Positions 27,423 to 37,339 of a stretch of 64,000 nt of DNA are shown piece after piece. Made by a program: the position numbers and the translations under genes. Where the stretch lies: positions 128,001 to 192,000 of the forward strand of contig CAZUNO010000002.1 of the NCBI GenBank assembly GCA_964621445.1, read 5' to 3'. Position 1 is the stretch's first letter. Each line of letters opens with the position of its first letter. The notes beneath the pieces were generated by a model. The model saw nothing but the letters and a program-made list of their open reading frames with translations, had not been told where the DNA came from and searched no databases. The DNA comes from Candidatus Hadarchaeota archaeon (lineage in GTDB: Archaea > CAYQAE01 > CAYVLA01).

Positions 27423-28748
27423 TTACCCCTCCTTACTGGTTAACTCTGCTTCCCGATAGAACCTACGGCCTATCATTAGCGAGTAGACCACAAACCCCGT
27501 TACCAGTCCTACCCCGGTAACTGTAATCCATTCGATGATATAAACCCACATCAGGGCCCCTTGTCTGAGCTTGATACCCTCTTGTGAGAGCTGGTGGAGT
27601 TCTTCGATGAATTCCTCCATCATCTCTCTCGCCTCTTGATAATTCTGAGCAATATATGCATTCCGGGCCTCCTCGGTACGGGAATTTAGCTCCTCGATAT
27701 CATCCATGAGTGGACCGACATTGGCACCGAATTTCTGAATGAAGTCCGCCAGGCTTAGCAAATTTTGGGAATGCTGCCTAAAGGAGGCAAATGATTGCCT
27801 AGCCGAGTGTACCAGCATAACATCTGTGACTATTTCTCTACCCGTACCCAGGTACATCATATTGAACCACATATCCTTCCCGAACTCATTGTCGCTCCAC
27901 CCCCTCTCATATGAACTCCAAAAAGGGTACCTTGGTGCATCCGCTACTGACCAGGTCATTGCGTTTCCGTATTCCCAGGACAACACCCAAGGGCGGGTTT
28001 TCTCGGACATCTGCCTACTGAAGTGCATCCAGCCCCATGTATTCACCCCATTCTTTGGTAGCATAATCCTTCCCCCATGTCCTCGCCACTTCTCGAGGCC
28101 AAATTCGAGGAAAGGAGTGAAAACTGGAGGTAATTCACGATTCAGCTCCACGTGGAAAAGATCGATATTGGGAGCCTCCCGATTTTTGAAGTAGCTGGCA
28201 GTGGCATCCGAATCGCAGGGGAAAACCTCGGACACGGGACTGTCAGCCCAGGGCCCGTACATTAAGTAGTTCTTGCCCATTACCCCTCCGGTATCAGCTA
28301 TGGCACAGGCCCCGCCATCGCGTATGGACCGTACCAAAAGGTCTAGCTGGTTTTGGGTGTACATATTTACCAATATCGACGAGAAATGAATCGCGTCATA
28401 GCTCCTCAGCTTGGAATATGAACGGGGAAAGTATATCCTTAGATATCTTCTTATCTCGTCCTTAAACGCGGTTCCGTGGGTCTCGGTCCAGCTTCCCTTG
28501 AACAACCTTGAGGGAACCATGGAAAATGAAATTCCCGGTTCGGACGAGAGCCAGTCCCTTAGGGGATTCAAGCGGTTATCCACAAGCCCCATGTACAATA
28601 CCTTTAATCGACCGTCGCTTTCCTGGGCCAAGGAGGCAGGAAAAACAACCATTACCAGGATGGTTAGGAAAAATAACGGGAGCAAGTACTTGAATTCACC
28701 TCTTTTTGAAGGATCTACTTCCCTGAAAATTCCGGATAACATTGACAT
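27423..28748 (-). CDS. uncharacterised surface-protein family, paralog 1 (DUF1355/GATase-like plus WxYxxEW anchor)
   Basis: RYLRIYFPRSY, FIQKFGAN, ALMWVYIIEWITVTG...MIGRRFY. Confidence 0.8.
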   Translation of the reverse strand: MSMLSGIFREVDPSKRGEFKYLLPLFFLTILVMVVFPASLAQESDGRLKVLYMGLVDNRLNPLRDWLSSEPGISFSMVPSRLFKGSWTETHGTAFKDEIRRYLRIYFPRSYSKLRSYDAIHFSSILVNMYTQNQLDLLVRSIRDGGACAIADTGGVMGKNYLMYGPWADSPVSEVFPCDSDATASYFKNREAPNIDLFHVELNRELPPVFTPFLEFGLEKWRGHGGRIMLPKNGVNTWGWMHFSRQMSEKTRPWVLSWEYGNAMTWSVADAPRYPFWSSYERGWSDNEFGKDMWFNMMYLGTGREIVTDVMLVHSARQSFASFRQHSQNLLSLADFIQKFGANVGPLMDDIEELNSRTEEARNAYIAQNYQEAREMMEEFIEELHQLSQEGIKLRQGALMWVYIIEWITVTGVGLVTGFVVYSLMIGRRFYREAELTSKEG

Positions 28749-28823
28749 GAATGGCGGTATATCATCTTGGATAAATTACTTAAATTTGTATGAGAGGTAT
28801 GGCTGGGTGACTGGAGGTCTGGA

Positions 28824-29156
28824 TTGGTTAAATTTGAAAATATCGACGCCGCTGATGACGGGATACTCGACCATTATGTGGTCGAGCTTGAGAACGACGT
28901 AGGTACCGGCTCCGCGGCAATTCAGGAACTAAAGATGGATGGCGAGATCATCCCTCCAGAAAAAATTAGGCTGAAGATAGGGAACCAGTCCTGCAAGCCA
29001 TTCAAACCTGGGTGCGTTCTGGCCTCTCGTTATGGGGACAAGATCTCCATCGAGGTCGAGATGGAGGGAGGACTCGAACCAGGAGAGCACTCACTGGGAG
29101 CCAAGGTCAAACTAGGGTGGATATGCCGGACCGTGGAATTTAAGGGGTGTATATAG
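28824..29156 (+). CDS. hypothetical small beta-sandwich protein (weak DUF6379-like)
   Basis: GGAGG SD, 'LKMDGEIIPPEKI...GGLEPGEH'. Upstream of the DegT gene. Confidence 0.55.
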   Translation: MVKFENIDAADDGILDHYVVELENDVGTGSAAIQELKMDGEIIPPEKIRLKIGNQSCKPFKPGCVLASRYGDKISIEVEMEGGLEPGEHSLGAKVKLGWICRTVEFKGCI

Positions 29157-29217
29157 CCTTCCTGGCGAGGAAATCTTATTCAAGCCCAAATTTGAGAAGT
29201 GACCGGAGAATGATAGG

Positions 29218-30468
29218 TTGGAGAAGCTGGCCATAAATGGAGGGACACCCGTTCGGACGGAGAGACTTGATAACTCGCCAGCCATGGCCCCCAAGGAGAA
29301 GGAACTGGTTTTGAATGTCATCGAATCCAGAGAGCTTTGTGCCATTGATGGGTCCAAGGCGGATGAATTTGAACACAAGTTCGCCGACTTCGTGGGCAGC
29401 AAACATGCCATAGCCGTGAACACTGGTACCGCAGCGCTCCACATAGCCCTGGCCGCCGCCGGAGTAGGACCCGGGGATGAGGTTATCGTGCCGGCATACA
29501 CGTTCATTGCCAGCGCAACCTCCGTCCTACACTGCAACGCTGTTCCGGTCTTCTGTGATATTCTTCCCGATACCTATTGCATGGACCCGGAGGACGTGGA
29601 AAAGAGGATCACTGATAGCACAAAGGCTCTTATGCCGGTCCACCTCTTCGGTCATCCTGCGCAAATGGACGAGATACTTGACATTGCGGACCAATATGAC
29701 CTATCAGTTATCGAGGACAGCGCACAGGCCCACGCCGCCGAATACAAGGGGCGAAGCGTGGGTACACTAGGGGACCTGGGCTGTTTCTCCTTCCAGCAAA
29801 GCAAGAATATGACTGCCGGGGAGGGTGGACTCGTGGTCACCGATAACGATGAAATGGCCGATGTCTGCAGAAAGATTAGACATCACGGCGAGGATTATGG
29901 GCCGTCAGCATCACGGACCTATGAGAGTTTCATTCCCGGCTACAACTACAGGATTACCGAACTCTCCGCTGCCGTGCTACTGGCCCAGCTGGAGATGCTT
30001 GAAGCCTTCACGGAGAGGAGGATAGGTAACGCCAGTAGACTCGTCGATGAACTCAGTCAGTTTGATTGGATACAGGAACCCAGGAAAAGGAAATACGTAA
30101 AGCATGTCTATCATGTTTTCGTTCTCCGGATAAAGGAGTCCGAACTGGGGATGAGTCGTGACCAGGTGTTCCGAGCATATACTGCCGAGGGGCCCTATGC
30201 GGGCCTCGGATATTCCCGGCCTCTATACATGAACCCTCTATTTAAGGAAAAGGTTGGTTTCGGCGGCACAGATTGTCCCTACGGGTGCAAGCACTACCAG
30301 GGCTCCGTGTCCTATGAGGAAGGCCTTTGCCCGGTCACGGAACAGGTTATTCGGGACGCCCTCTGGATCGGTGGCGGTTGGACCATACACAATCTCACGC
30401 ACCAGGATATAGAGGACATCGTCCATTCCTTCTTAAAAATCAATGAGTATGCAATGTCCAAAACCTAA
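29218..30468 (+). CDS. DegT/DnrJ/EryC1/StrS PLP aminotransferase
   Basis: KLAINGGTPVR, NTGTAALH, EDSAQAH, SFQQSKNMTAGEGG. Confidence 0.92.
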   Translation: MEKLAINGGTPVRTERLDNSPAMAPKEKELVLNVIESRELCAIDGSKADEFEHKFADFVGSKHAIAVNTGTAALHIALAAAGVGPGDEVIVPAYTFIASATSVLHCNAVPVFCDILPDTYCMDPEDVEKRITDSTKALMPVHLFGHPAQMDEILDIADQYDLSVIEDSAQAHAAEYKGRSVGTLGDLGCFSFQQSKNMTAGEGGLVVTDNDEMADVCRKIRHHGEDYGPSASRTYESFIPGYNYRITELSAAVLLAQLEMLEAFTERRIGNASRLVDELSQFDWIQEPRKRKYVKHVYHVFVLRIKESELGMSRDQVFRAYTAEGPYAGLGYSRPLYMNPLFKEKVGFGGTDCPYGCKHYQGSVSYEEGLCPVTEQVIRDALWIGGGWTIHNLTHQDIEDIVHSFLKINEYAMSKT

Positions 30469-30672
30469 TTTGACCAGGGAATGTAATATCTGCTCTAACT
30501 TGGGTTTATGCACTATAATCCTCAACATTGCTCCGTCTTCAACAGGCTTGAAAAGTATCCGCTTACAACAGCGGTGGTAAAAGTTGCTCATTTGGTTTAG
30601 TGAGGTAGGCTAATATTCTCCCCAAACGAAATACTCAATAGACTGCATCTAATCTAGTAACAGGGTGAACCC

Positions 30673-31227
30673 TTGAAGAAAAAAATCAAGCCAGGAACCC
30701 TCCTTTATCCCGTTCCCGTGGCCCTAGTCAGCTGCGCTGGGAAAAAGAGCGGAGCGAATATCATAACCATAGCCTGGACCGGAATCATTTGCTCGGACCC
30801 ACCGATGGTCAGCATATCCATAAGGCCACACCGACACTCCTCTAATATCGTGAAGGACAGTAGACAATTTGTGATCAACGTGCCTACGGAGGACCTGCTG
30901 CAGAAGGTGGACAAGTGTGGAACAACCTCGGGTAGGTACCACGACAAGTTCCAGGACATCGGGCTGACGCCCCTGGATTCAAGCGAGGTGAATGCTCCAA
31001 TGATCAAGGAATGCCCTGTAAACCTGGAGTGCGAGGTCCAGGACATGATTGAGCTGGGTTCCCACGAGATGTTCATTGCCAAGGTCGTTGCCGCGCATGC
31101 CGATGAGGATGTACTTGAAAATGACCAGGTACAGGTATCGAGGGCAAAACCACTGGTATTCTGTCCCGTGAGCTCAGAGTATTGGAATCTCGATAAGAAG
31201 TTGGGTAACTACGCCTTTACCTCCTAG
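30673..31227 (+). CDS. flavin reductase-like (flavoredoxin) protein
   Basis: LYPVPVALVS, NIITIAW, IKECPVNLEC, LGSH. Confidence 0.9.
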   Translation: MKKKIKPGTLLYPVPVALVSCAGKKSGANIITIAWTGIICSDPPMVSISIRPHRHSSNIVKDSRQFVINVPTEDLLQKVDKCGTTSGRYHDKFQDIGLTPLDSSEVNAPMIKECPVNLECEVQDMIELGSHEMFIAKVVAAHADEDVLENDQVQVSRAKPLVFCPVSSEYWNLDKKLGNYAFTS

Positions 31228-31278
31228 GGATCTGGGAAACAGATAAACGCACGCTATCCAGTTCTTGGGTGATATGCC

Positions 31279-32787
31279 ATGGGACGGGACGCGGAAAGGC
31301 TAGTGATTGGATTCTCCTATTCCATGGTAGGGGGAGTAATTTCCCAAGCCCTTGTCTATCTTGCCGGGGTGCTGGTAATGAGGTTACTGGGCCCAGAGAG
31401 CTACGGCCTTTACCAGCTGGTATTTCTGGTCCCCCTTCTCTTCACCCCTATACTTAATCTTGGAATCGAATCCACTCTGGTTAGGTTCGTATCCAGATAT
31501 ATAGTCGACGACCGCAATAGGGGCATCAGGACGGCCAGATTTCTGTTCATGGCCAGGTTAGCAATCGCTCTGGCGGCAAGCCTACTCATTCTCGCCCTTT
31601 CTCCATGGATATCCAACTTGTTAGGAGAGGAGGTTACCTTGGGAGTCCAGATTACGGGAATTTTCCTATTGGGGAACATGCTCTACCTTTTCATGAACTC
31701 TTTCTTCCAGTCCTTCTTCCTCATGCGGGAACGGACGATAGTCATGACCACGCATGGAGCCTCCTATCTGGCACTCGTCCCTCTCCTCGTGTACCTAGAT
31801 TTCGGTTATCTTGCTCCCATAGTAGGATTCAGCATCGCAAAGTATCTTGCGGTGGCAATCGGCCTGATCCTGGCCTGGAGAAAGGACCTTAACCTGTTGG
31901 CCAGGCCCTCCCGGGAGGGCGTTCATCTTTTGGAGCAGGTCAAATTCGCAGCTCCCACTTATATCACCGTTTTACTGTGGGCCGTCTTCACCCAGGTGGG
32001 AGTCATAATTATCCGGGGTATGGGACTTCCGGTGGTTGAAATCGGGTATTTCCGTGGCGTATTTAACATCGTCATGTTGGGAGGTTTCCTGGCCATGATA
32101 CTCCATGTGGTGGTGTATCCCTATGTATCGGAACTTGAATCCCGCCAGGACCAGGAAGCTCTGCAATCATTTTGCAGTCTAATAACCCGCTTCCTGATAC
32201 TACTGGCAATCCCTGCATCAGCCGGATTCCTACTTGTTTCCAGGCCCACCCTGGAAGCACTGCTCCCCGATTACCTGCCGGCATTAACCCTTCTGAGAAT
32301 ACTATCTTTGATGCTCGTCTTCCTCCCCCTGTTCCAGATCAGCAAGACCATGCTCCTAGGCCTGGGCAAACCCAGAATAGTTGCCTACTCTAGTCTAATC
32401 GCCACGGCCACCGTATGCTCAATGGGTTCCCTTCTTTCCTTTTTCGCCGGGACCGAGGGACTTTCCTTCTCCTACACCATCGGCATCCTTCTGGCCACGT
32501 GCTACACGTTATACCAGCTTCGTAAGGCCATAGGCTTGGAGGTAGAGATCCTCACCATCGGAAAGATAGGACTATCCACCTTGATTATGGGAATAATCAC
32601 CCATCTCACTATGCAAACACTTCAAAAACCGATTTTCCAGATAGCAATAGGAATACCAGTTGGCCTGGCAACATACTTGGGGCTCATATACCTCCTTAAA
32701 GCTCTAAAACCACGAGACATGAAAATAATCAAGACCGCCGTCGGTATAGCCAAGGAACAGACCCTAGTTAAGAATCGCGGGGAATAA
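31279..32787 (+). CDS. Wzx/MurJ-like oligosaccharide flippase
   Basis: About 14 TM, 'RLLGPESYGLY', 'LGLGKP'. Confidence 0.85.
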   Translation: MGRDAERLVIGFSYSMVGGVISQALVYLAGVLVMRLLGPESYGLYQLVFLVPLLFTPILNLGIESTLVRFVSRYIVDDRNRGIRTARFLFMARLAIALAASLLILALSPWISNLLGEEVTLGVQITGIFLLGNMLYLFMNSFFQSFFLMRERTIVMTTHGASYLALVPLLVYLDFGYLAPIVGFSIAKYLAVAIGLILAWRKDLNLLARPSREGVHLLEQVKFAAPTYITVLLWAVFTQVGVIIIRGMGLPVVEIGYFRGVFNIVMLGGFLAMILHVVVYPYVSELESRQDQEALQSFCSLITRFLILLAIPASAGFLLVSRPTLEALLPDYLPALTLLRILSLMLVFLPLFQISKTMLLGLGKPRIVAYSSLIATATVCSMGSLLSFFAGTEGLSFSYTIGILLATCYTLYQLRKAIGLEVEILTIGKIGLSTLIMGIITHLTMQTLQKPIFQIAIGIPVGLATYLGLIYLLKALKPRDMKIIKTAVGIAKEQTLVKNRGE

Positions 32788-32809
32788 TGGACACCTTGTG
32801 TCCCTCCCG

Positions 32810-32884
32810 TTCGTATATGAGATCTTAACTATAGCTAATTTTGTTTAAGGCTTGGCTCGAGGGGATTAACCTCTCGTATACGAA
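32810..32884. repeat. imperfect 19-bp inverted repeat (16/19) with 37-bp spacer
   Basis: TTCGTATATGAGATCTTAA (32810-32828) versus TTAACCTCTCGTATACGAA (32866-32884). Confidence 0.55.
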
Positions 32885-33042
32885 GTTTGAATTGGACCCG
32901 GTTCATGGACCATATTTCCTGCCGTGAGTCTCGCAGATTCCGAAAAAACATGCGCCGGGTCATCTATAAGCCATGGCCCAGCAAAATGACTAGAAGTGTT
33001 TTCCATGGCCCGTTATCTCATTTAGGGGGGAAATAGGATAGA

Positions 33043-35346
33043 ATGGCATGGGGACAAATAATCTATTTCACACCTCTTATTTCATCTTCAGCAATCTCTG
33101 TTGGGCTGGCCCTTTATGCTTGGAGACGGCATTCCTCGATTGGGAAAAAGGAGTTCTCCTTGCTGATGTTGTCCGTGGCCTGGTGGGCCTTTTTCTACGC
33201 CTTGGAGATGCAATCTAGCTCGCTGGGAAACAAGCTGTTACTGGCCAAGATCCAGTACCTGGGAATCGCTTCCGTACCTTTGATGTGGTCACTCTTTTCC
33301 CTCAGGTATACCGGTCGCGGAACATACCTCACAAAACCCAAGATCGGCCTTTTAGCCATTATTCCATTAACCACCGTTTCACTGGCTTTAACCAACGACT
33401 ATCACGGGCTTCTATGGTCAAATGTCTACCTAGCACAGACAGGAAATCTTGCCTACCTGGCAAAGACCTATGGTTTCTGGTTCTGGATAAATGCAGGATA
33501 TTCCTATATTTTGATGATAATTGGGTCATTCCTCCTGCTTTACCATTCGAATAAGCTACCTGTGCTTTACCATGAGCAGGTCACCTGCCTTCTTATAGCC
33601 GCCTTTATGCCCATGATTGGTAATTTTCTTTACATTACTCGAATATCTCCAATGCCAAATATTGACTCCACCCCTTTCAGTTTCACCTTGGCAGGCCTGG
33701 CCCTGGCATGGGGCATATTCAGATATAGAATACTGGATATCGTTCCAGTTGCCAGGGACAAGGTCTTTGAAAAAACCAATGATTTGATCTATTTGCTCGA
33801 CCGTCAGCTACGGGTCGTAGACCTTAATCCGGCGGCAGAATCATTGCTGAATGAATCTAGAGGCGGGTTCATCGGGAAGAGGTTGAATCAGGTTATGGAT
33901 TTTCCAATTGATATGTCCGATCATATTGATGGAGAACACGGCTTCAAGGATCCTCTATGTATACAGATAGATGATCAGATGCGATTTTTTGATCTAACTG
34001 TATCCCGCTTAAAGGATAATCAGGGGCGATTCGTGGGTCTTATACTATTCCTGAAGGATATTACCGAACGCAAGATGGTCGAGAATAACCTCAGAAGAAC
34101 CACAAAAAAACTGGATGAAAACGTGCGCCAGAGGACCCTGGAACTGGTGCACACCAACAGGGCCATGAGACAGGAAAATGAAGAAAGGAAGAAGGCCCAG
34201 AGAAAGCTTAAGCTTTCGCAGGAAAAATTGAGAACCACCCTGGATGCCTCTCCCGACTCGATCATCGTTATCGACATAGATGGGAGGATAATTGACTGCA
34301 ATCCAGCAACAGCAGATATCTTTGAATATTCCTCCATTGAGGACGTGATAGGCAAGGAGGCTTTTTCCTTCGTATCAAAAGAGGACCTTGACAGGGTTCA
34401 ATTCGATCGTCGTACCTGCCTGAACTCCGGGTTTATTCGTAATCATCAATACAAACTGATCACTAGCCACGGAAGAGAATTCCCCGCGGAGGTCTCCGCA
34501 AGCGTGGTCAAGGATTCAACGGGGTCACCATCACTATACGTGGTAATGAGCAGGGACATATCGGAAAGGAAAAGGAATGAAAAGGAACTACGCCGATACT
34601 CGGAAAGACTTGAAGATCTGGTTCAGGAAAAGAGCGAGGAGCTTCGAGATGCTGAAAGGATGGCCGCCATAGGCCAAACCGCTAGCATGGTTGGTCACGA
34701 CCTAAGGAATCCCCTGCAGGCAATTTTAAATAACGTATATCTGGCCAGAAAACAATTGACGGGCGAAACGAATGGCGAATCCCTCAAGGGTCGACTAGAA
34801 ATTATACGAGACGAGATACTATACATGAACAAGATCGTATCCGACCTCCAGGACTTCGCCAAGCCACTGAAACCAGAACTCAGCCCAATAAATGTCAAAT
34901 CCTTAATTCAAAACATCTTGACTGGATTAAACCTGCCCAAAAAGGTAGATGTGTCTATAGACCTGAAGGATACACTTACCTTAGAGATGGATTCGATGAT
35001 GATGAAGAGGGTGTTAACAAATCTGGTAAATAATGCAATTCAGGCCATGCCTGACGGTGGGAAACTAAAGATTTCGGCCGATGGGGGAAATGGCATAGCC
35101 CATATCTCTGTCAGTGACACCGGCACTGGAATCTCCCCCGATGACAAGGAGAAGGTATTCAAGCCCCTTTTCACCACCAAGGCCAAGGGACAGGGATTTG
35201 GCCTTGCTGTCTGTGAACGATTTGTGACCGCTCACCAGGGGAGAATAACGATCGACACCGAACTAAGGGTTGGTACAACTTTCACAATTCATATACCAGC
35301 CCATCCGAATCATAAAACCCAGGAAGAATCACCAGTTGCGACCTAG
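33043..35346 (+). CDS. sensor histidine kinase: HisKA_7TM plus two PAS plus HisKA plus HATPase
   Basis: 7TM N-terminus, PAS ends DITERK/DISERK, HDLRNPL, NAIQAM, DTGTGI, FTTK..G.G.GL. Confidence 0.93.
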   Translation: MAWGQIIYFTPLISSSAISVGLALYAWRRHSSIGKKEFSLLMLSVAWWAFFYALEMQSSSLGNKLLLAKIQYLGIASVPLMWSLFSLRYTGRGTYLTKPKIGLLAIIPLTTVSLALTNDYHGLLWSNVYLAQTGNLAYLAKTYGFWFWINAGYSYILMIIGSFLLLYHSNKLPVLYHEQVTCLLIAAFMPMIGNFLYITRISPMPNIDSTPFSFTLAGLALAWGIFRYRILDIVPVARDKVFEKTNDLIYLLDRQLRVVDLNPAAESLLNESRGGFIGKRLNQVMDFPIDMSDHIDGEHGFKDPLCIQIDDQMRFFDLTVSRLKDNQGRFVGLILFLKDITERKMVENNLRRTTKKLDENVRQRTLELVHTNRAMRQENEERKKAQRKLKLSQEKLRTTLDASPDSIIVIDIDGRIIDCNPATADIFEYSSIEDVIGKEAFSFVSKEDLDRVQFDRRTCLNSGFIRNHQYKLITSHGREFPAEVSASVVKDSTGSPSLYVVMSRDISERKRNEKELRRYSERLEDLVQEKSEELRDAERMAAIGQTASMVGHDLRNPLQAILNNVYLARKQLTGETNGESLKGRLEIIRDEILYMNKIVSDLQDFAKPLKPELSPINVKSLIQNILTGLNLPKKVDVSIDLKDTLTLEMDSMMMKRVLTNLVNNAIQAMPDGGKLKISADGGNGIAHISVSDTGTGISPDDKEKVFKPLFTTKAKGQGFGLAVCERFVTAHQGRITIDTELRVGTTFTIHIPAHPNHKTQEESPVAT

Positions 35347-35358
35347 ATAAAGGTGAAT

Positions 35359-36519
35359 TTAACCTTTTTGTTTCAATTCTATATTCCTCTCAAGCAGAGA
35401 CCTCTGCCGTTTATCAAAGCACTCAAGGGAGAGGACTAACAGGAGGGTTGCTCCTTTAGATGAGGCCTTATCCGAGAGATCATATAGACACTTCATTGTA
35501 GGTTCAAACCCGTTATTTATGACCAAGTATTCCAAACCATCTAGGAGGATGGCCGCGCCCTCGGTTTTATCCAGGAAGGAAGAGATGACGCCTCCAACCA
35601 TCCCCACGTTCGCCGACCCTAGTGCTTCCTCGTTCAATTTTTCACGGGTGAGCCAGATAATCGGGGTCTGAGTTAGGGCGAAATTTCTTTTAACTGAATC
35701 CGGGGATCTGCGGGTTACGCACAGACCCGGGATATCAATGGACACCATATGTGATAAGGCTCTAAAGGCCTCTTTCTCCGATCTAAAGAGATAGGCCTCT
35801 CCTTTCTCCAGGAGACGTTCTCGATTCACAGAATTATCCCTTGCTCTTTCTTCTTTCCTAGGTTTAAGACTGAATAGCCTGTACTTTTCAGTAGTAATCG
35901 AGAACCCTATAACGAAAGCCATTGTTGCAAGGGCTGAGAACCCGTCAACCATTTCCGCGACTAGTGGTAAGAGTCTAGTTTCCAATAAGAAATTGTGGAC
36001 GATCTTTGAGCCAACTAAAATTAGCGAACAATAACCCATAATCAAAACGGGTACCTTAAGAACGGGGGTTGAATTTCGTATCTGGAGCCATATTATATAT
36101 CCCAATACGATGCCCGAGGCGATAAACCCCACTGCCATGATCCTTGGAACTAGCTTATTTCCTGCTGGTAATGCCAGAACTACGAAACTAAGAATGGCCA
36201 ATGGACTGAATACCGCAGCTGTTCCCTTTCTACATGAAAGGAAATCCACCTCTCTTGGATATTTACCCAGAACAAATGCCATAAGGGTAACAATGGCCAT
36301 TATGGCAAGATTATTGATAATAAGGGCTAGAGATCCCGAGCGAAATATCAAGAAAGAATCCAACACAATGAGCAGAGAAGATGCAAGAAGTAGAGTTGGG
36401 ATAATGACTACAATCCATTTCATATGGCTACTTAATTCCCTTCTAGAGATGGATACTCCAACTACTATTGATAGGATTGCCGTACTAATCCACAATGCAT
36501 CCACGGAGCTCAGCAACAA
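35359..36519 (-). CDS. multi-TM protein with C-terminal DUF835 (inactive KaiC-like) domain
   Basis: GLCVTRRSP, IIWLT, ILLDGLEYLVINNGF. Confidence 0.88.
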   Translation of the reverse strand: MLLSSVDALWISTAILSIVVGVSISRRELSSHMKWIVVIIPTLLLASSLLIVLDSFLIFRSGSLALIINNLAIMAIVTLMAFVLGKYPREVDFLSCRKGTAAVFSPLAILSFVVLALPAGNKLVPRIMAVGFIASGIVLGYIIWLQIRNSTPVLKVPVLIMGYCSLILVGSKIVHNFLLETRLLPLVAEMVDGFSALATMAFVIGFSITTEKYRLFSLKPRKEERARDNSVNRERLLEKGEAYLFRSEKEAFRALSHMVSIDIPGLCVTRRSPDSVKRNFALTQTPIIWLTREKLNEEALGSANVGMVGGVISSFLDKTEGAAILLDGLEYLVINNGFEPTMKCLYDLSDKASSKGATLLLVLSLECFDKRQRSLLERNIELKQKG

Positions 36520-36532
36520 ACCCGTTCCTACC

Positions 36533-37210
36533 TTACTCGTAAAGTACGCCTTTTACCTGCAATCCCTCATCCGTTATCTCCAGCAGCCGTTTTCTGAGAT
36601 CGTGTTTAGAGCCCCTTAGCTTCTTGATTTGGATATAGCGGTTAACGTCATTAACCGTCTCCTTGAAACCAAGTTCTACCACGCCATCCACAAGATACTC
36701 CAAAGATGTTGGATTTGAAGTCTCTGTGACTAGCACTAGTCGAGAACTAGTTTCAATTGCCAGGTCTAGAATCATCTCTATTGAACACGGTTCCCTCTCC
36801 CCCACGGTCTGAGCCACTGCATCCCAACTGTCTATCGAGATTATGGGCTCATCAATGTCCGTTATTATTGTGTCCAGAGCCTGAACGAAACCAGGCATGT
36901 TACCATAACGTAAATTCTTGAGAAGTCCACCATCCTTGGCTGGTCGACTGTTCACAGCATCTATGACCCCGCTTGGTGGCACCGACTTTTTGGCCCAGGG
37001 AAACATCTCATATAACCTGTCAGGGTCAACTCTGGTTGATACGTACAGACCATTGCCGTTTTCACAGATTTCTTTCAAAAATGTAAGAGTAAATACCGTC
37101 TTTCCCGACCCAGGCGCTCCCTTCACGCATAAGGAGTAACCGGGAAACCTGTTCACCGTGTCGGTTATCTCTTTTGGTAAAGACAAATCTTGACCTCCCT
37201 TGTACATCAA
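36533..37210 (-). CDS. single-domain KaiC/RAD55-family ATPase (GvpD P-loop-like)
   Basis: KGAPGSGKT, YVSTRV, IDSWD, LEYLVDGVV, KKLRG arginine finger. Confidence 0.85.
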   Translation of the reverse strand: MMYKGGQDLSLPKEITDTVNRFPGYSLCVKGAPGSGKTVFTLTFLKEICENGNGLYVSTRVDPDRLYEMFPWAKKSVPPSGVIDAVNSRPAKDGGLLKNLRYGNMPGFVQALDTIITDIDEPIISIDSWDAVAQTVGEREPCSIEMILDLAIETSSRLVLVTETSNPTSLEYLVDGVVELGFKETVNDVNRYIQIKKLRGSKHDLRKRLLEITDEGLQVKGVLYE

Positions 37211-37220
37211 CCAGCCACTC

Positions 37221-37261
37221 TATTTAAAAACAAATGCATTTGACTATTTGACTATTTGACC
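37221..37261 (-). promoter_or_regulatory. TATA box plus three tandem ATTTGAC(T/C) repeats upstream of the KaiC-like gene
   Basis: Minus-strand TTTTTAAATA at 37221-37230. ATTTGACT-ATTTGACT-ATTTGACC at 37238-37261. Confidence 0.45.
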
Positions 37262-37339
37262 TAAGTATCCTTAAAATGGAGCCCCTTTCCTTTGTCCCAT
37301 TATGGGAATTTCCCAATATAGTTGATTATTTTCTAAATT

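Noticed and set aside
32877-32887. TATACGAAGTT resembles a loxP arm
   Set aside because: Spacing to the opposite arm is far from the 8 bp of lox sites and no recombinase is in the window, so it is probably coincidence.
36533-37210. Gas-vesicle or circadian-clock interpretation of the GvpD/KaiC-like ATPase
   Set aside because: No gvp or kaiB genes nearby, and it has a single ATPase domain.
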